Shown here piece by piece: positions 52,991 through 63,214 of a stretch of DNA of 64,000 bases. The translations under genes and the position numbers were made by a program. Under the pieces are notes generated by a model. It was not told the DNA's origin, searched no databases, and saw only the letters and a list, made by a program, of their open reading frames with translations. Origin of the DNA: Chiloscyllium plagiosum (taxonomy: Eukaryota); the NCBI RefSeq assembly GCF_004010195.1, contig NC_057759.1, positions 4,082,301 to 4,146,300 on the forward strand. Reading direction: 5' to 3'. Every line of letters begins with the position of its first letter. The stretch's first letter is position 1.

Positions 52991-53502
52991 TTCTGTTTTT
53001 TTCTTTTCTTTGCCCCCTTTGAACCTTCAATCAAGACGGAAATGTTTCTTCCTGTTAACGTTTCTTCCTGTTAACGTTTCTAAGCTCCTCATCATTTTTC
53101 ACATCTCAAACAAGAAACAGTTCGCATCTTTGGGGATTAAAGGGATTGAAAGTTTGAACAGAGAAAGCGGGGAACCAGGGACTGAGTTGGATGTTCAGCC
53201 ACGATTCTATCAAATGGGCAGAGCAGGCTAGAAGGGCCAAATGGCCTATTCCTTGTTTTTATGGGAACCAGAGTTGGATGGATAGCCATGATCATAATGA
53301 ACGGCGGGGCAGGCAAGAAGGGCTGAATGGCCTACTCCTGTTCACTACTTTCTGCATAACACTTCAGCCACCGCAGTTCCAAGGGAATCGGCCCCATTCG
53401 AGCCCATCAGATGGCTCGGATGTTTATCCAGAATTTCCACCAGGTTGCAGTACACTCTGACTGTGCGGGGCTCTTTAATCACACTGATACTATGGCACTC
53501 AC

Positions 53503-53576
53503 CAACATTGTGTGCTGCTCCAACTACTGCAAACTACAGATGGCTGGCTGCTGCCCCTTCACCAGAAGGTTGGGAT
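53503..53576 (-). pseudogene. Ig-receptor copy 1: cytoplasmic exon 2 (in-frame stop)
   Basis: actAG|A TCC CAA...GTT G|GTGAGT, 74 nt, phase 2-1: SQPSGEGAAASHL*FAVVGAAHNV. TAG at 53534-53536. Confidence 0.65.
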
Positions 53577-54129
53577 CTAGTTCCAGTATAAAGGGGAAGG
53601 AAAGGAAGCCGTCATTTCGAACACAATGTTTTCAAAACCAAGTTTAACTTTAAGAAAACGGCAAAGCTACCAAACAAAATAAAAGAAAACTCAGCGAGAC
53701 CTGCTATTCCCTGTTCCCATGTCTCTGGTTTCCATCCAAACACGGAGTTTTCTCACCCTCAAGGAGTTGCCCAGTTCTCTATCTTGTTTTCACTCATATC
53801 CTTTGTGGAAGGTAATCCGCCGTCTTTACCTGGGCTGGGCCAACATACGATTCCATACCATGGTTAAATATTACCGCCCTCTGGGGCTTTTAGGGATCGA
53901 CAACAAATGCTGTCCTAGCCAGTGACAGCATCATCCCTATTAATGAATAAAAGTTGTCTAGGACCTTCCTGTCGTATGGTAACCTGGTTTGTCGATAAGA
54001 CACAGGTTAAAAGGATGCAGTCATATCCAAGCTCCTTCTATGACTTCTTCGTTTCTGTCGTCTCTCCCTAATTGAGAGGAATCGGGATAAACAGTGACAA
54101 ATATAAAAACTGCAGTTTCAGTCACTTAC

Positions 54130-54160
54130 CTCCTGGGCTGCGACACAGTTGACGAATTGC
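54130..54160 (-). pseudogene. Ig-receptor copy 1: cytoplasmic exon 1
   Basis: ctctctttccctgcAG|GC AAT TCG TCA ACT GTG TCG CAG CCC AGG AG|GTAAGT. Strong splice sites; 31 nt, phase 1-2. Confidence 0.75.
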
Positions 54161-54379
54161 CTGCAGGGAAAGAGAGAATATTCTCAGCATCATTTACAGT
54201 AGCTCTGTACTGTCACAGACAGGAGCTGCCAAAGTGTTATCTCAGTCATAAACAGGGAACATAAGCATCAATAGATGATACATGGCTTGGAGAGGGTGGA
54301 CGCTAGGAAATTGTTTCCGTTATTTTATAATGGTCAAACCTGTCTTAATGCATTAAACAGCTTAACATTAAGCAGCCGC

Positions 54380-54790
54380 ATAGGTTTAGGGTGATGGGTA
54401 GGGCTAGGGTGAGGGCTAGGATTCTGATAACGGTTAAGGTTAGTGTTAGGGTATTTCGTTGAGGTTCGTGGTTAGTGTTATGTTAAGAGTTAGGTTTAAG
54501 GTTAGAGTTATGATGAGGTTTATGTTTTAGATTAAGAGTAGGATTAGAGGCAGGTTAGGATTAGGGTTAGAGCTAGAGCCAGAGTTAGGTTTAGGATTAG
54601 CGTTAGCTGTTTCGTTAGGGCCAAAGTTAGAGTTAGGGTAAAGGTTATGATTGAGTTACATTTAAGTTTAAAGTCGGAGTTTGCGTTAAGGATGGTTATG
54701 TTTAGTGTTAGGGTAAGGATTAAGGTTGAGCTAGGTTTAAGTTTAGGGTTAAGCTTCGGGCTAGGGTTCAATTTACGTGTAGGGTTAGGT
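54380..54790 (+). repeat. Degenerate (TTAGGG)n-like interstitial repeat
   Basis: About 400 bp of 6-mer variants (ttaggg, ttagag, ctaggg, ttaagg). Confidence 0.85.
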
Positions 54791-55224
54791 CAGACTGCCC
54801 AGTGGATACTGAATAAATTTAAGGAAGTGATAGACAATGTTTTAACGAGTCATAGTTTAAAGAGAGTGATCTGTAAAGTGAAGTTGATCCAGATGCAATG
54901 CATTAAATAACAGAGCAAGATCCTGAGGTGCTGAATGTGCTCATCCTGTTCCCGACACTCTTGGTCTTACATCTCTCCTCTTCTCTGAGGTGCTTTGACA
55001 TAGAGTGGTGGGCTGTGGTGGGTCACAGTTACCCGATCCAGCAGGCTAGCTTTAGGAGTACTCTCCCTCCCGACTGTCCGGAACACGGCCTACTCCAGTT
55101 CCCGACCTTAACATCCTTCCCTCGGCCTCCCCGTTCAGCTGAAAGGTTACATTGTAATTGGAGGGTACCACTGTCATGGCGTGAGGATGTGGAACAAGTC
55201 CCATTCCCATGGGATGTTACAGAC

Positions 55225-55322
55225 CTGTGTCCCTCAGTGAATGTAGTTCCACAACACAACCAGGCCAGCCAACAGCAGAACTGGGAGGAGCGACGCCACG
55301 ATTTCCTTGGAATAATCCTGAG
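55225..55322 (-). pseudogene. Ig-receptor copy 1: transmembrane exon (in-frame stop after the TM)
   Basis: ggattccAG|CT CAG GAT TAT...: QDYSKEIVASLLPVLLLAGLVVLWNYIH*GTQ|GTCTGT. Uncharged TM. TGA at 55234-55236, plausibly from CGA. Confidence 0.75.
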
Positions 55323-55624
55323 CTGGAATCCAACAAGAATATTCAGCTCACGTTAACAAATTCACCAGGAAGTTTTATCACATCACCCCTGCGTGAGGTA
55401 CACAGTTAATATCAGACTGACTAACACCTACAGAAATGTAACTCCCTGCCAGCATAGAGGTATCGAGAGTTTCACAGTGTGGCAGAGTTTGCCCCACTGA
55501 GTTACCAACACAAATCCCACTTTCCAACACTAACCCTCCGCAGCCTTCAATGTTATGACATTTCAAATGCCGATCCAAGTACTTTGTAAAAATTGGGAGT
55601 TGCCCTGCTAGGCAGTATGTTCCA

Positions 55625-55828
55625 CCAAGGTAAAAACAATGACTGCAGATGCTGGAAACCAGATTCTGGATCAGTGGTGCTGGAAGGGCACAGCAATTCA
55701 GGCAGCATCCGAGGACAGGCCAAATCGACGTTTCGGGCAAAAGCCCTTCATCAGGCTTTATTCCTGATGTTGTCCTCGGATGCTGCCTGAATTGCTGTGC
55801 TCTTCCAGCACCACTGATCCAGAAACGA
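55625..55828. mobile_element. Palindromic hammerhead-containing mini-element with 11-bp TSD
   Basis: Inverted arms 55664-55717 and 55771-55824. Minus-strand CTGATGA-AGGGC-tttt-GCCC-GAAACGTC at about 55726-55755. TSD agtatgttcca at 55614-55624 and 55829-55839. Confidence 0.8.
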
Positions 55829-55989
55829 AGTATGTTCCAACCCCCACCACACTTTGGGTGAACCTATCCTCAAATTTCACTTTAAACCGCCCGTCCTTCA
55901 CTTTAAAATGACGTTTCCATCCCTGACATTGTTATTGACCCTTTGACTATTGGGAACATCTGTTTCCTTTTTCCCCAGTCCCTTCCCCG

Positions 55990-56585
55990 TCATGTTGTGG
56001 CTGTACAGGACATTGGTTACGCCAATGTTGGAATACTGCGTGCAACCCTGGTCTCCTTCCTATCGGAAAGATGTTGTGAAACTTGAAAGGGTTCAGAAAA
56101 GATTTAAAAGAATGTTGCCAGCGTTGGAGGATTTGAGCTATAGGGAGAGGCTGAACAGGCTGGAGCAGTTTTCCTTGGAGCGTCAGACGTTGAGAGGTGC
56201 CCTTATAGAGGTTTAAAAAATCACGAGGGGCATGGATAGGATAAATAGGCAAAGTCTTTTCCCTGGGGTCGGGGAGTCCAGAACTAGAGGGCAAAGGGTT
56301 AGGGTTAGAGGGGAAAGATATAAAAGAGACCTAAGGGGAAACTTGTTCACACAGAGGGTGGTACATGTGTGGAATGAGCTGCCAGAGGATGTGGTGGAGG
56401 CTAGTACGATTGCAACATTTAAAAGGCATTTGGATAGATATAGGAATAGGAAGGATTTGGAGGGATATGGGCCGGGTGATGGCAGGTGGGACTAGATTGG
56501 GTTGGGATATCTGGTCGGCATGGACGGGTTGGACCGAAGGGTCTGTTTCCATGCTGTACATCTCTATGACTCTATGACTCTATGT
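55990..56585 (+). mobile_element. CR1 LINE 3' fragment, young
   Basis: LYRTLVTPMLEYCVQPWSPSYRKD...RGNLFTQRVVHVWNELP; (ctatgact)n tail. Confidence 0.9.
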
Positions 56586-56920
56586 CTATTGAGTTCCCCT
56601 CTCAGCATTTCCTGTTCCATAGAAAAGATTCCAAGATTATCCAGCCTCCCTCTCTTCCTCGCTAAAATTCAGGGAACATCCTGGTAAATCTGCTCTGCAC
56701 TCTGCCCTCTCCATGAGGTGTGCAGTTCTAGTTTTTTATTGCATTCGAATTCCACCCGGAACACCACCCAACATCATTCTGGATCAATAACCTATGATAA
56801 TGCCGCCCAGCTATCACCTCCCCAACTGAGATGGTTAACAGTTTCTGATTAGCACAGACTGGATGGACGAATGGCCTTTCTCTGTGGTCTGTCTATGTTC
56901 ATTCCGAGTGTCAATGTTAC

Positions 56921-57212
56921 TTCGCAGCGTGAATTCTATGTAGTCGCTGGTAACATTAAAAATGGTGTGGTTGGCTCCTTTGTTGATTGCTGCACAGTAA
57001 TACCTCCCGATATCGTCTCTCTGGAATGAATGAATAACCAGCTCACCACCATCAGCAGTCACATAGTAGCTTGCACTGTCGTTTTTTAGCGGAGTGTTGT
57101 CATGGTACCAAACGAACTGGGGCTCTTTGCCTTCCCTCACCCGGCACTGGAGAACAAGGCGGTCCCCAGATTGTATCTCAGTCCCGTTAATGAAGAAAAT
57201 CTGTGACAGGAA
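56921..57212 (-). pseudogene. Ig-receptor copy 1: membrane-proximal Ig exon (frameshifted near its 5' end)
   Basis: ctcctcAG|TT CCT GTC ACA (VPVT), then a shift into INGTEIQSGDRLVLQCRV...FVWYHDN...DIGRYYCAAIN...TIFNVTSDYIEFTLR, donor A|GTAACA. 292 nt. Confidence 0.85.
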
Positions 57213-57339
57213 CTGAGGAGAAAACACAGCGTGATCAAAATGCATAGAGTTTACCCATTGAATTCAGGCCATCAGCGGGAACCAGTTTGACACAATGGTT
57301 TTAAAATAAAGTTGGGAATTCGATAGATTAAAGAACTAA

Positions 57340-57845
57340 TGTAACGGATGGATAGTATTAAACTGGAGAAAATACCGAAGAAATGTAAAAGGATGTTGAA
57401 AGGATTCAACACTCTGAGTTTTAGGGAGAGACTGGATAAGCAAACCCTTTTGCTTTCAAACATAGGAGACTGAGCTGGGATCACAAAGAAGTATATAAGA
57501 TCTTGGTTGGGGTGAATGAACTCAATCTGTTTCCCTGGGTTGTGGAGTCAAGGACTAGAGGGCATCGGTTTAAGGTTCGACAGGAAAGATTAAAAGGGAA
57601 ACCTGAAGGACAATTCTTTTACACATCTGGTGTAACAGATATGGAATGAACTGCCAGGGGAAGTGGTTGAAGAGGGTACATCAACAATATTTAAAAGTCG
57701 TTTGGACAAGTACTTGGATAGAAGTGGTTTAGAAGGATATTAGACAAAGTGCAGGGACATTGGCTTCGCGTGGATGGACATTTTGGTCTGCATGGACCAA
57801 TTTGAGCAGAAGGGCCTGGATTCTTGCTATAGGACTCTATGATTC
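57340..57845 (+). mobile_element. CR1 LINE 3' fragment
   Basis: ggactagagggcatcggtttaagg...tggaatgaactgccagggg. Confidence 0.75.
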
Positions 57846-57874
57846 TGATGTGCAAGGCTGTGCCACTTTTGTTT

Positions 57875-58052
57875 CGGAAAGTGTAATGCTGGAAAAGTAT
57901 AGTTGACGTTTCGAGCATAAGCTCTTCATCACATTCCTGATAAAGAGATTATGCCCGAAACATCGGCTCTCCTGCTGCACGGATGCTGCCTAACCAGTTG
58001 TGCTTTTCCATCTCCATATCTTTTGACTCTGATCTCCAGCATCTGCAGTCCT
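57875..58052. mobile_element. Degenerate head-to-head pair of PLE termini (two decayed hammerheads)
   Basis: gacgtttcgagcataagctcttcatc / ctgataaagagattatgcccgaaacatc around 57905-57965. Confidence 0.65.
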
Positions 58053-58187
58053 CTCTCTGTCTCTGTGTTGCTTTAGTCAAAAGTGTGGTGCTCAAGAATG
58101 AAGCGCCAGCTTTGAGTTGGTCTCAGCAGCAGTTTTCCCGAGCTGATGGTTCAGTTACTCTTTGGGAGAGAGTCCTTGTGAATTCAT

Positions 58188-58472
58188 CTACCACTGTGAT
58201 CTCTATGTCTTCACTGTGCTGAGGGCATGTCACCTCATTTCTCACTGAACAATGGTAAAGCCCTTCATCAGTTCTACTGATAGGCCCAATGTTGTAATCA
58301 AGCTCAGTGCTGTTGGAAAGCTCCCTGTACAGTTCCACACTTGAGCTGTTGTAGAATTGATAATAAATCGGCAGAGAACCATTGGAGACTGAACAGATTA
58401 AGGATCCTGTGTCTCCTTCGATTAGATCTTTTCCGGGTTGAATTACCAGTTCCGGTTTTGACACTGGAATTC
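58188..58472 (-). pseudogene. Ig-receptor copy 1: Ig exon (IPVS-type, FCRL D4/D5-like)
   Basis: gttacAG|GA ATT CCA GTG, 285 nt, open: IPVSKPELVIQPG...LICSVSNGSLPIYYQFY...DEGLYHCSVRN...HSEDIEITVV. The expected donor reads ATGAAT. Confidence 0.85.
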
Positions 58473-58754
58473 CTGTAACCATAGACAAATGGTAGATCAT
58501 TGTATTTAGCAGAGTTAATTGCAAACTCAACTATGAACATCACCACAGACATGCAAAAACGCATATCCTGTTGTTTTTGTTCATTCGTTGGATGTGGGTG
58601 CCACTGGATACTCCAGTACTTACTGCTCATCCCTAATTACACAAAGGACAAGGTTGTTGGGCTGCAATCAACCTTTGGAATTGAATTCAGATTCTCCCAT
58701 ATGCTATGGTTGGATTTGAGCCCAGAATATGAGCCGATTCTCTGAATTTTTACG

Positions 58755-60460
58755 ACATAGAGCAGTACAGCACTGGGACATGCCCTTCAGCCCACCATGT
58801 CTGCGCATGGCTGTGATGCCATTCTATACGTATTCCATTTGACTACATGTGGTCTAGATTCCTCTACTCACTACATATAGTCTGTCAATATGCCTCGTAA
58901 ACATTGCTATCGTATTTGTTTCTACCAACTGCTCTGGCAGTGTGTGCCAGACACCTAACCACTCTCTGTGTAGAATCATAGAGATGTAGCGCACCTTCAG
59001 TCCAACTCGTCCGTGCTGACAAGATATCATAAATTAATCTAGTCCCATTTGGCAGCACTTGACCCTTATATCTCTAAATCCTTCCACTTCATACACCCAA
59101 TCAGATGTCTTTTAAATGTTGTAATCTTACTGGCCTCCCCACTCCCTCTGCCAGCTCACTCCACAGACGCACCACCCTTTGTGTGAAACTGTTATCCCTT
59201 AGGTCCTTCTAATTTATTCCCCTCGCACCCTAAACCTACGCCCTCAAGTTTTCGACGCCCTCACCCAAGGGAAAAGACTTTGCCTAATTTTTCCTATCCA
59301 TGCTCCTCAAGACTTTATAAACCTCTATAAGGTCATCTCTCGGCCTCCAATATTCCAGGGAAAACAGCACCAGCCTATTTATCCACTCCCTATAGCTCAA
59401 ATCCACCAACCCTAGCAATATCTTCATTTTTTTTCCAAAATTCTTTCAAGTTTCACGACATCCTTCCTTTTGGAGGGAAACCAGATTTGCACACAATATT
59501 CCAGAAGTGGCCTAACCTATGTGCTGTACAGGCGGAACATGACCTCCCAACTCCTATACTCAGTGCTCCAACCAATAAAGGAAAACATATTAATTAGATT
59601 CTTCATCATCCAATCTATCGGCATCCAAACTACACTGTTAAGAAACTGTGAATCTAGACTTCAAGGTCTCTTTATTTAGCTGCACTCCCCAGGACCTTAC
59701 CAATAATTGCATAAGTCCTGTCATGATTTGCCTTTCCAAAATGCAGCACCTCACACTTAGCTAAATTACACTCCATCTGCCTCTCCTCAGCCCATTGGCC
59801 CCTTTGATCAAGATCCTGTTGTCCTCTGAGGTAACCTTTACTCGCATATCACCTTTAAACTTTCCTCCTTTCACCTTAAAGCTGTGCTTCCCACCTTAGT
59901 ATTTGATATTTCCATCCGGGGAGAGAGACTCTGACTATCCACTCTCTCCATGCCTCTCATAATTTTGTATATACAATACAAGTCTCCCTACAGCGTCCAA
60001 TGCTCTACTGAAAACAACTCAAGTTTGTACAACCTGTCCTCATAGTTCACCTACTCCAACCCAGGCAACATCCAGGTAAACCTGTTTTGCACCATCTCAG
60101 AAGACTCCACAACTTTGTTATAGTATATCCTTGCCAACATTTACAATCACTGCCCCGAATGATGACGACAAGCATGCCACATGACTTCTTTACCACGTTA
60201 TTCACTTGGGGTGCCACATTCAGTGAACTATGAGCTTGCACTGCAAGATCCCTCTGCATATCAATGCTCTCAAGAGTCCTGCCATCTACTGCATATTTTT
60301 CTCTTGCATTTCACCTACCAAAAAATGGAACAGCTCATATTAGTCTGGATTAAAATCCATCTACGATTTCTGTGCCCAATGTTCGGGTTGATATTCTTTG
60401 ACAACCTTGCTCACTATCCACAACTCCACCAAATTTCATGTCATCAGCAAAATTATTAAT
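58755..60460 (-). mobile_element. Two nested CR1 LINE 3' fragments (inner one about 58975-59835)
   Basis: Minus-strand QRDLAVQAHSSLNVAPQV; two CR1 tails, at about 58755 and 58975. Confidence 0.8.
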
Positions 60461-60992
60461 TCGACATGGTAAGCACAGAAAAAAACTGTTATTGATAGTC
60501 GAGAGACATCCAGGGGTCACAGTCTAAAGGAGATGGAGTAGGACTGAGATGGGAGGAATGCCTTCACCTAGGGAGTGGGGATCCTGTGGAATTCTCTGCC
60601 ACAGAGTATGGTCGGAACCAGAACCTTAAATGTTGTTCAAGAATGAGGTGAATATAATACTTAGGGCCGAAGGGAAGAGTGCAAGTGGCCAGGGGACTGA
60701 GTTGGAAGATCAGCCACAATCCTAGTGCATGGGCATATCAAGCTGCAAGGATTGAATGGCCTATTGCCATTCACATGTTCCAATAATTTTCTAGCAGTGA
60801 ATCCCACAGGCTCCTCAGTCTCTGCATGAAGTCATTTTTCCCCATCTCAGTCCTAAATGGCCCACCCAACACCCTGTGCTCTTTGCCTCTAACTCTCCAA
60901 TATATGTCTTTCAGATGTGGAGAGTGATGATAAATTGTCTCTATTCTGAGTCTTCAGCAGTTTAGAAACGGACGAAAATAAATTATACTCAT

Positions 60993-61262
60993 GCCTGATG
61001 GACGAATAGAGCTGATTACTGCATTTCCACACTTTCCCGTCTGTAACTTCACAATGGTAAGTACCCGAGTCTGTCAGACGAGCTGACACAGAAAGGTAAT
61101 CCCTGTGGTAGCATGGAGACTGGAGAGGGACCCCATTTCTGTAAAAGCTGTACCACAAGGAAGCTTGCGAGGGATACTCTTCAATCCAGCACACCAGGTT
61201 AACCCATTGGCCATCAAACAGCTGTCCCTCAGGATGCACAGTCAGCATCGGAATGGCGAACA
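60993..61262 (-). pseudogene. Ig-receptor copy 1: Ig exon (FCRL D3-like)
   Basis: ttccaaAG|TG TTC GCC, 270 nt, open: FAIPMLTVHPEGQLFDGQWVNLVC...LWYSFYRNG...DSGTYHCEV...SNQLYSSIR. The expected donor reads C|ATGAGT. Confidence 0.85.
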
Positions 61263-61484
61263 CTTTGGAAAGCAGAAGGACATGTTTCTGTTTCAGCCTG
61301 TAGAGTGTCTGTGCTTGGGGAAGCTCAGTGATCAGAACGAGAGCAAGAAAATCCCGAGACGGGGTTAGTCCAGGAGATTCCAACAATCCTTCAAGGATAA
61401 TCAAGGCTGTTAACGCCATGTCAGCTCGAGGTTAGATTTGGTGAAGATTGCGATCGAATTTGGAATGAATAAATACAACCTCAG

Positions 61485-62000
61485 CGAGAGTATTGCATTC
61501 GGTTCCGGAATCCACATTCTAGGAGGGACAGGATAGCACTGGGAGAAGGTGTACAGGCAAATTTACCAGGATGTTGCCCTTGGAGCTGGAGAGTTTCAGT
61601 GATGGCGAGAGACTGGAGAAAGTGTTTTTGTTTCCTTAGAGCAGAGGGGATTGAGACGAGGGTGGGGGTCATGATTGAGATTTATAACATGATGAGGCGT
61701 GTAGATAGGATAAACAGGAAGAAACGTAATGCCCTTCGTGGAGAGATCAATGACCGAGGGAGGGAGTATAGATTGAAAGTAAGGGGCAGGAGTGTTTAGA
61801 GGAAATGTGAGAGAAAGCATTTTCATTCAGAGGCTCTGTACCTTACTGCCTGTTAGGTTGGAAGACGCAGAAACCTTCATCACATTTGAAGAGTGTTTAG
61901 ATATGACTTTGCAATGCCAAGGTTATGGGGCCACGTGCTGGGGAAATGGGGATTAGAGAATAGTGAGGTGGCTGTATCTGACTTGATGGGTTGAAGGGTT
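61485..62000 (+). mobile_element. CR1 LINE 3' fragment
   Basis: gagtattgcattcggttccggaatccacattctagg...tttaccaggatgttgcc. Confidence 0.75.
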
Positions 62001-62042
62001 TTAATATGTTCTTCAGATTCTGCAATAATGATAGATAGTTAT

Positions 62043-62309
62043 GTTTAACAGGAATGTTAATGCTGTTGCTCCTCTTCATCAGTCCATAAACCGTATCGAT
62101 TGCTTCACAGGCGTAATTCCCAGAAACGTTTGCAGCCGCTGAGTTAATGGTGTACACGCTTCCATGATCAGGCGCAGTCTGCAGTGCGGCGCTGTCTCTG
62201 TCAAGCTGGACGGAGAGCCATTCCGCCAGGACAGTGCACGTCAACGTGAACTGGAGCCCCTCGAATACTTCAGCTGGCTCCACCCTCAGCACGGGCTCGG
62301 CAAATCGTT
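62043..62309 (-). pseudogene. Ig-receptor copy 1: Ig exon (FCRL D3-like), most 5' exon visible
   Basis: attccAG|AA CGA TTT GCC GAG CCC, 267 nt: ERFAEPVLRVEP...FTLTCTV...SGNYACEA...KRSNSINIPVK. The C-strand YxFY motif is missing; the expected donor reads C|ATAACT. Confidence 0.85.
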
Positions 62310-62744
62310 CTGGAATCGAACATACAATTTGGACTTAACAAGCAACTGTTATCATCAGAGAAAAGAAGGCACTATGGTGACACGCAATGAAGAATGTGAG
62401 CATTTACTGACAAAGTACAGGGGAGAGGGCAAAACTTTATCTTTTTCTTACTTGCCAAATTTCAAATTCCGTTTTGCTGCCACGAGTGCCGTAAAATGGT
62501 AGAGACATACAGAATGTAAACAGACTCTTGTGCCCAACTTGTCCATGCTGGCGAGATCTCCCATGCTGATCTACTCTCATTTGCTACAATTTGGCCCATC
62601 ACCCTTTAACCCTTTCCAACTCAAGTTCACAGAGACAAAGAAAGAAAGAAAGACCATTACACAAAGTCATACAGAGACATAAGGAGGGGAAATATTTGGC
62701 ATTTGCCTCACACCCAGCCTTGGATTCAGAAAAACAAAAAGGTG

Positions 62745-63140
62745 TTTGAGCTATAGGGAGAGGCTGAACTGGCTCAAGCAGTGAGGCAGAGGGGTGACCA
62801 TCAACGTTTATAAAATCAAGAGGGGTCTAGATAACGTGAATAATCACTGTTCCAGGGTCGGACAAACCGAAAGCAGATGGCATAGGTTGAAGATGAAAGG
62901 GCAAAGATTTAAAACGGACCTTAGGGGTCACTTCTTCCCAAGCAAACTGGTGCATGCATTGGTCGAGCTGTCAGTGGAAATGGGTACAATGACAACGACA
63001 TTTGGTAAGGTATGTGAAACGGAAAGATTTGGAGGGGTATTGGCCACAAGCAAGCAAATTGGACAAGATCAGTTTAGGAAACTTAGTTGGCATGGATGAG
63101 TTTGAGCGAAGAGTTGGTTTCCATGTGTTTCTATGGCTGT
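62745..63140 (+). mobile_element. CR1 LINE 3' fragment
   Basis: tttgagctatagggagaggctgaac...ttaggggtcacttcttcc. Confidence 0.7.
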
Positions 63141-63214
63141 ATAAAACTAACTATTAATTTTGGTATTGATTTACTTTTTGAGAAGCAGACTGGTAGTGTC
63201 TGGCAATAAGAACA

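Noticed and set aside
58181..62043. AT donors as U12-type AT-AC introns
   Set aside because: None matches the U12 donor ATATCCT, the acceptors are AG, and positions +2 to +6 resemble U2 GTRAGT.
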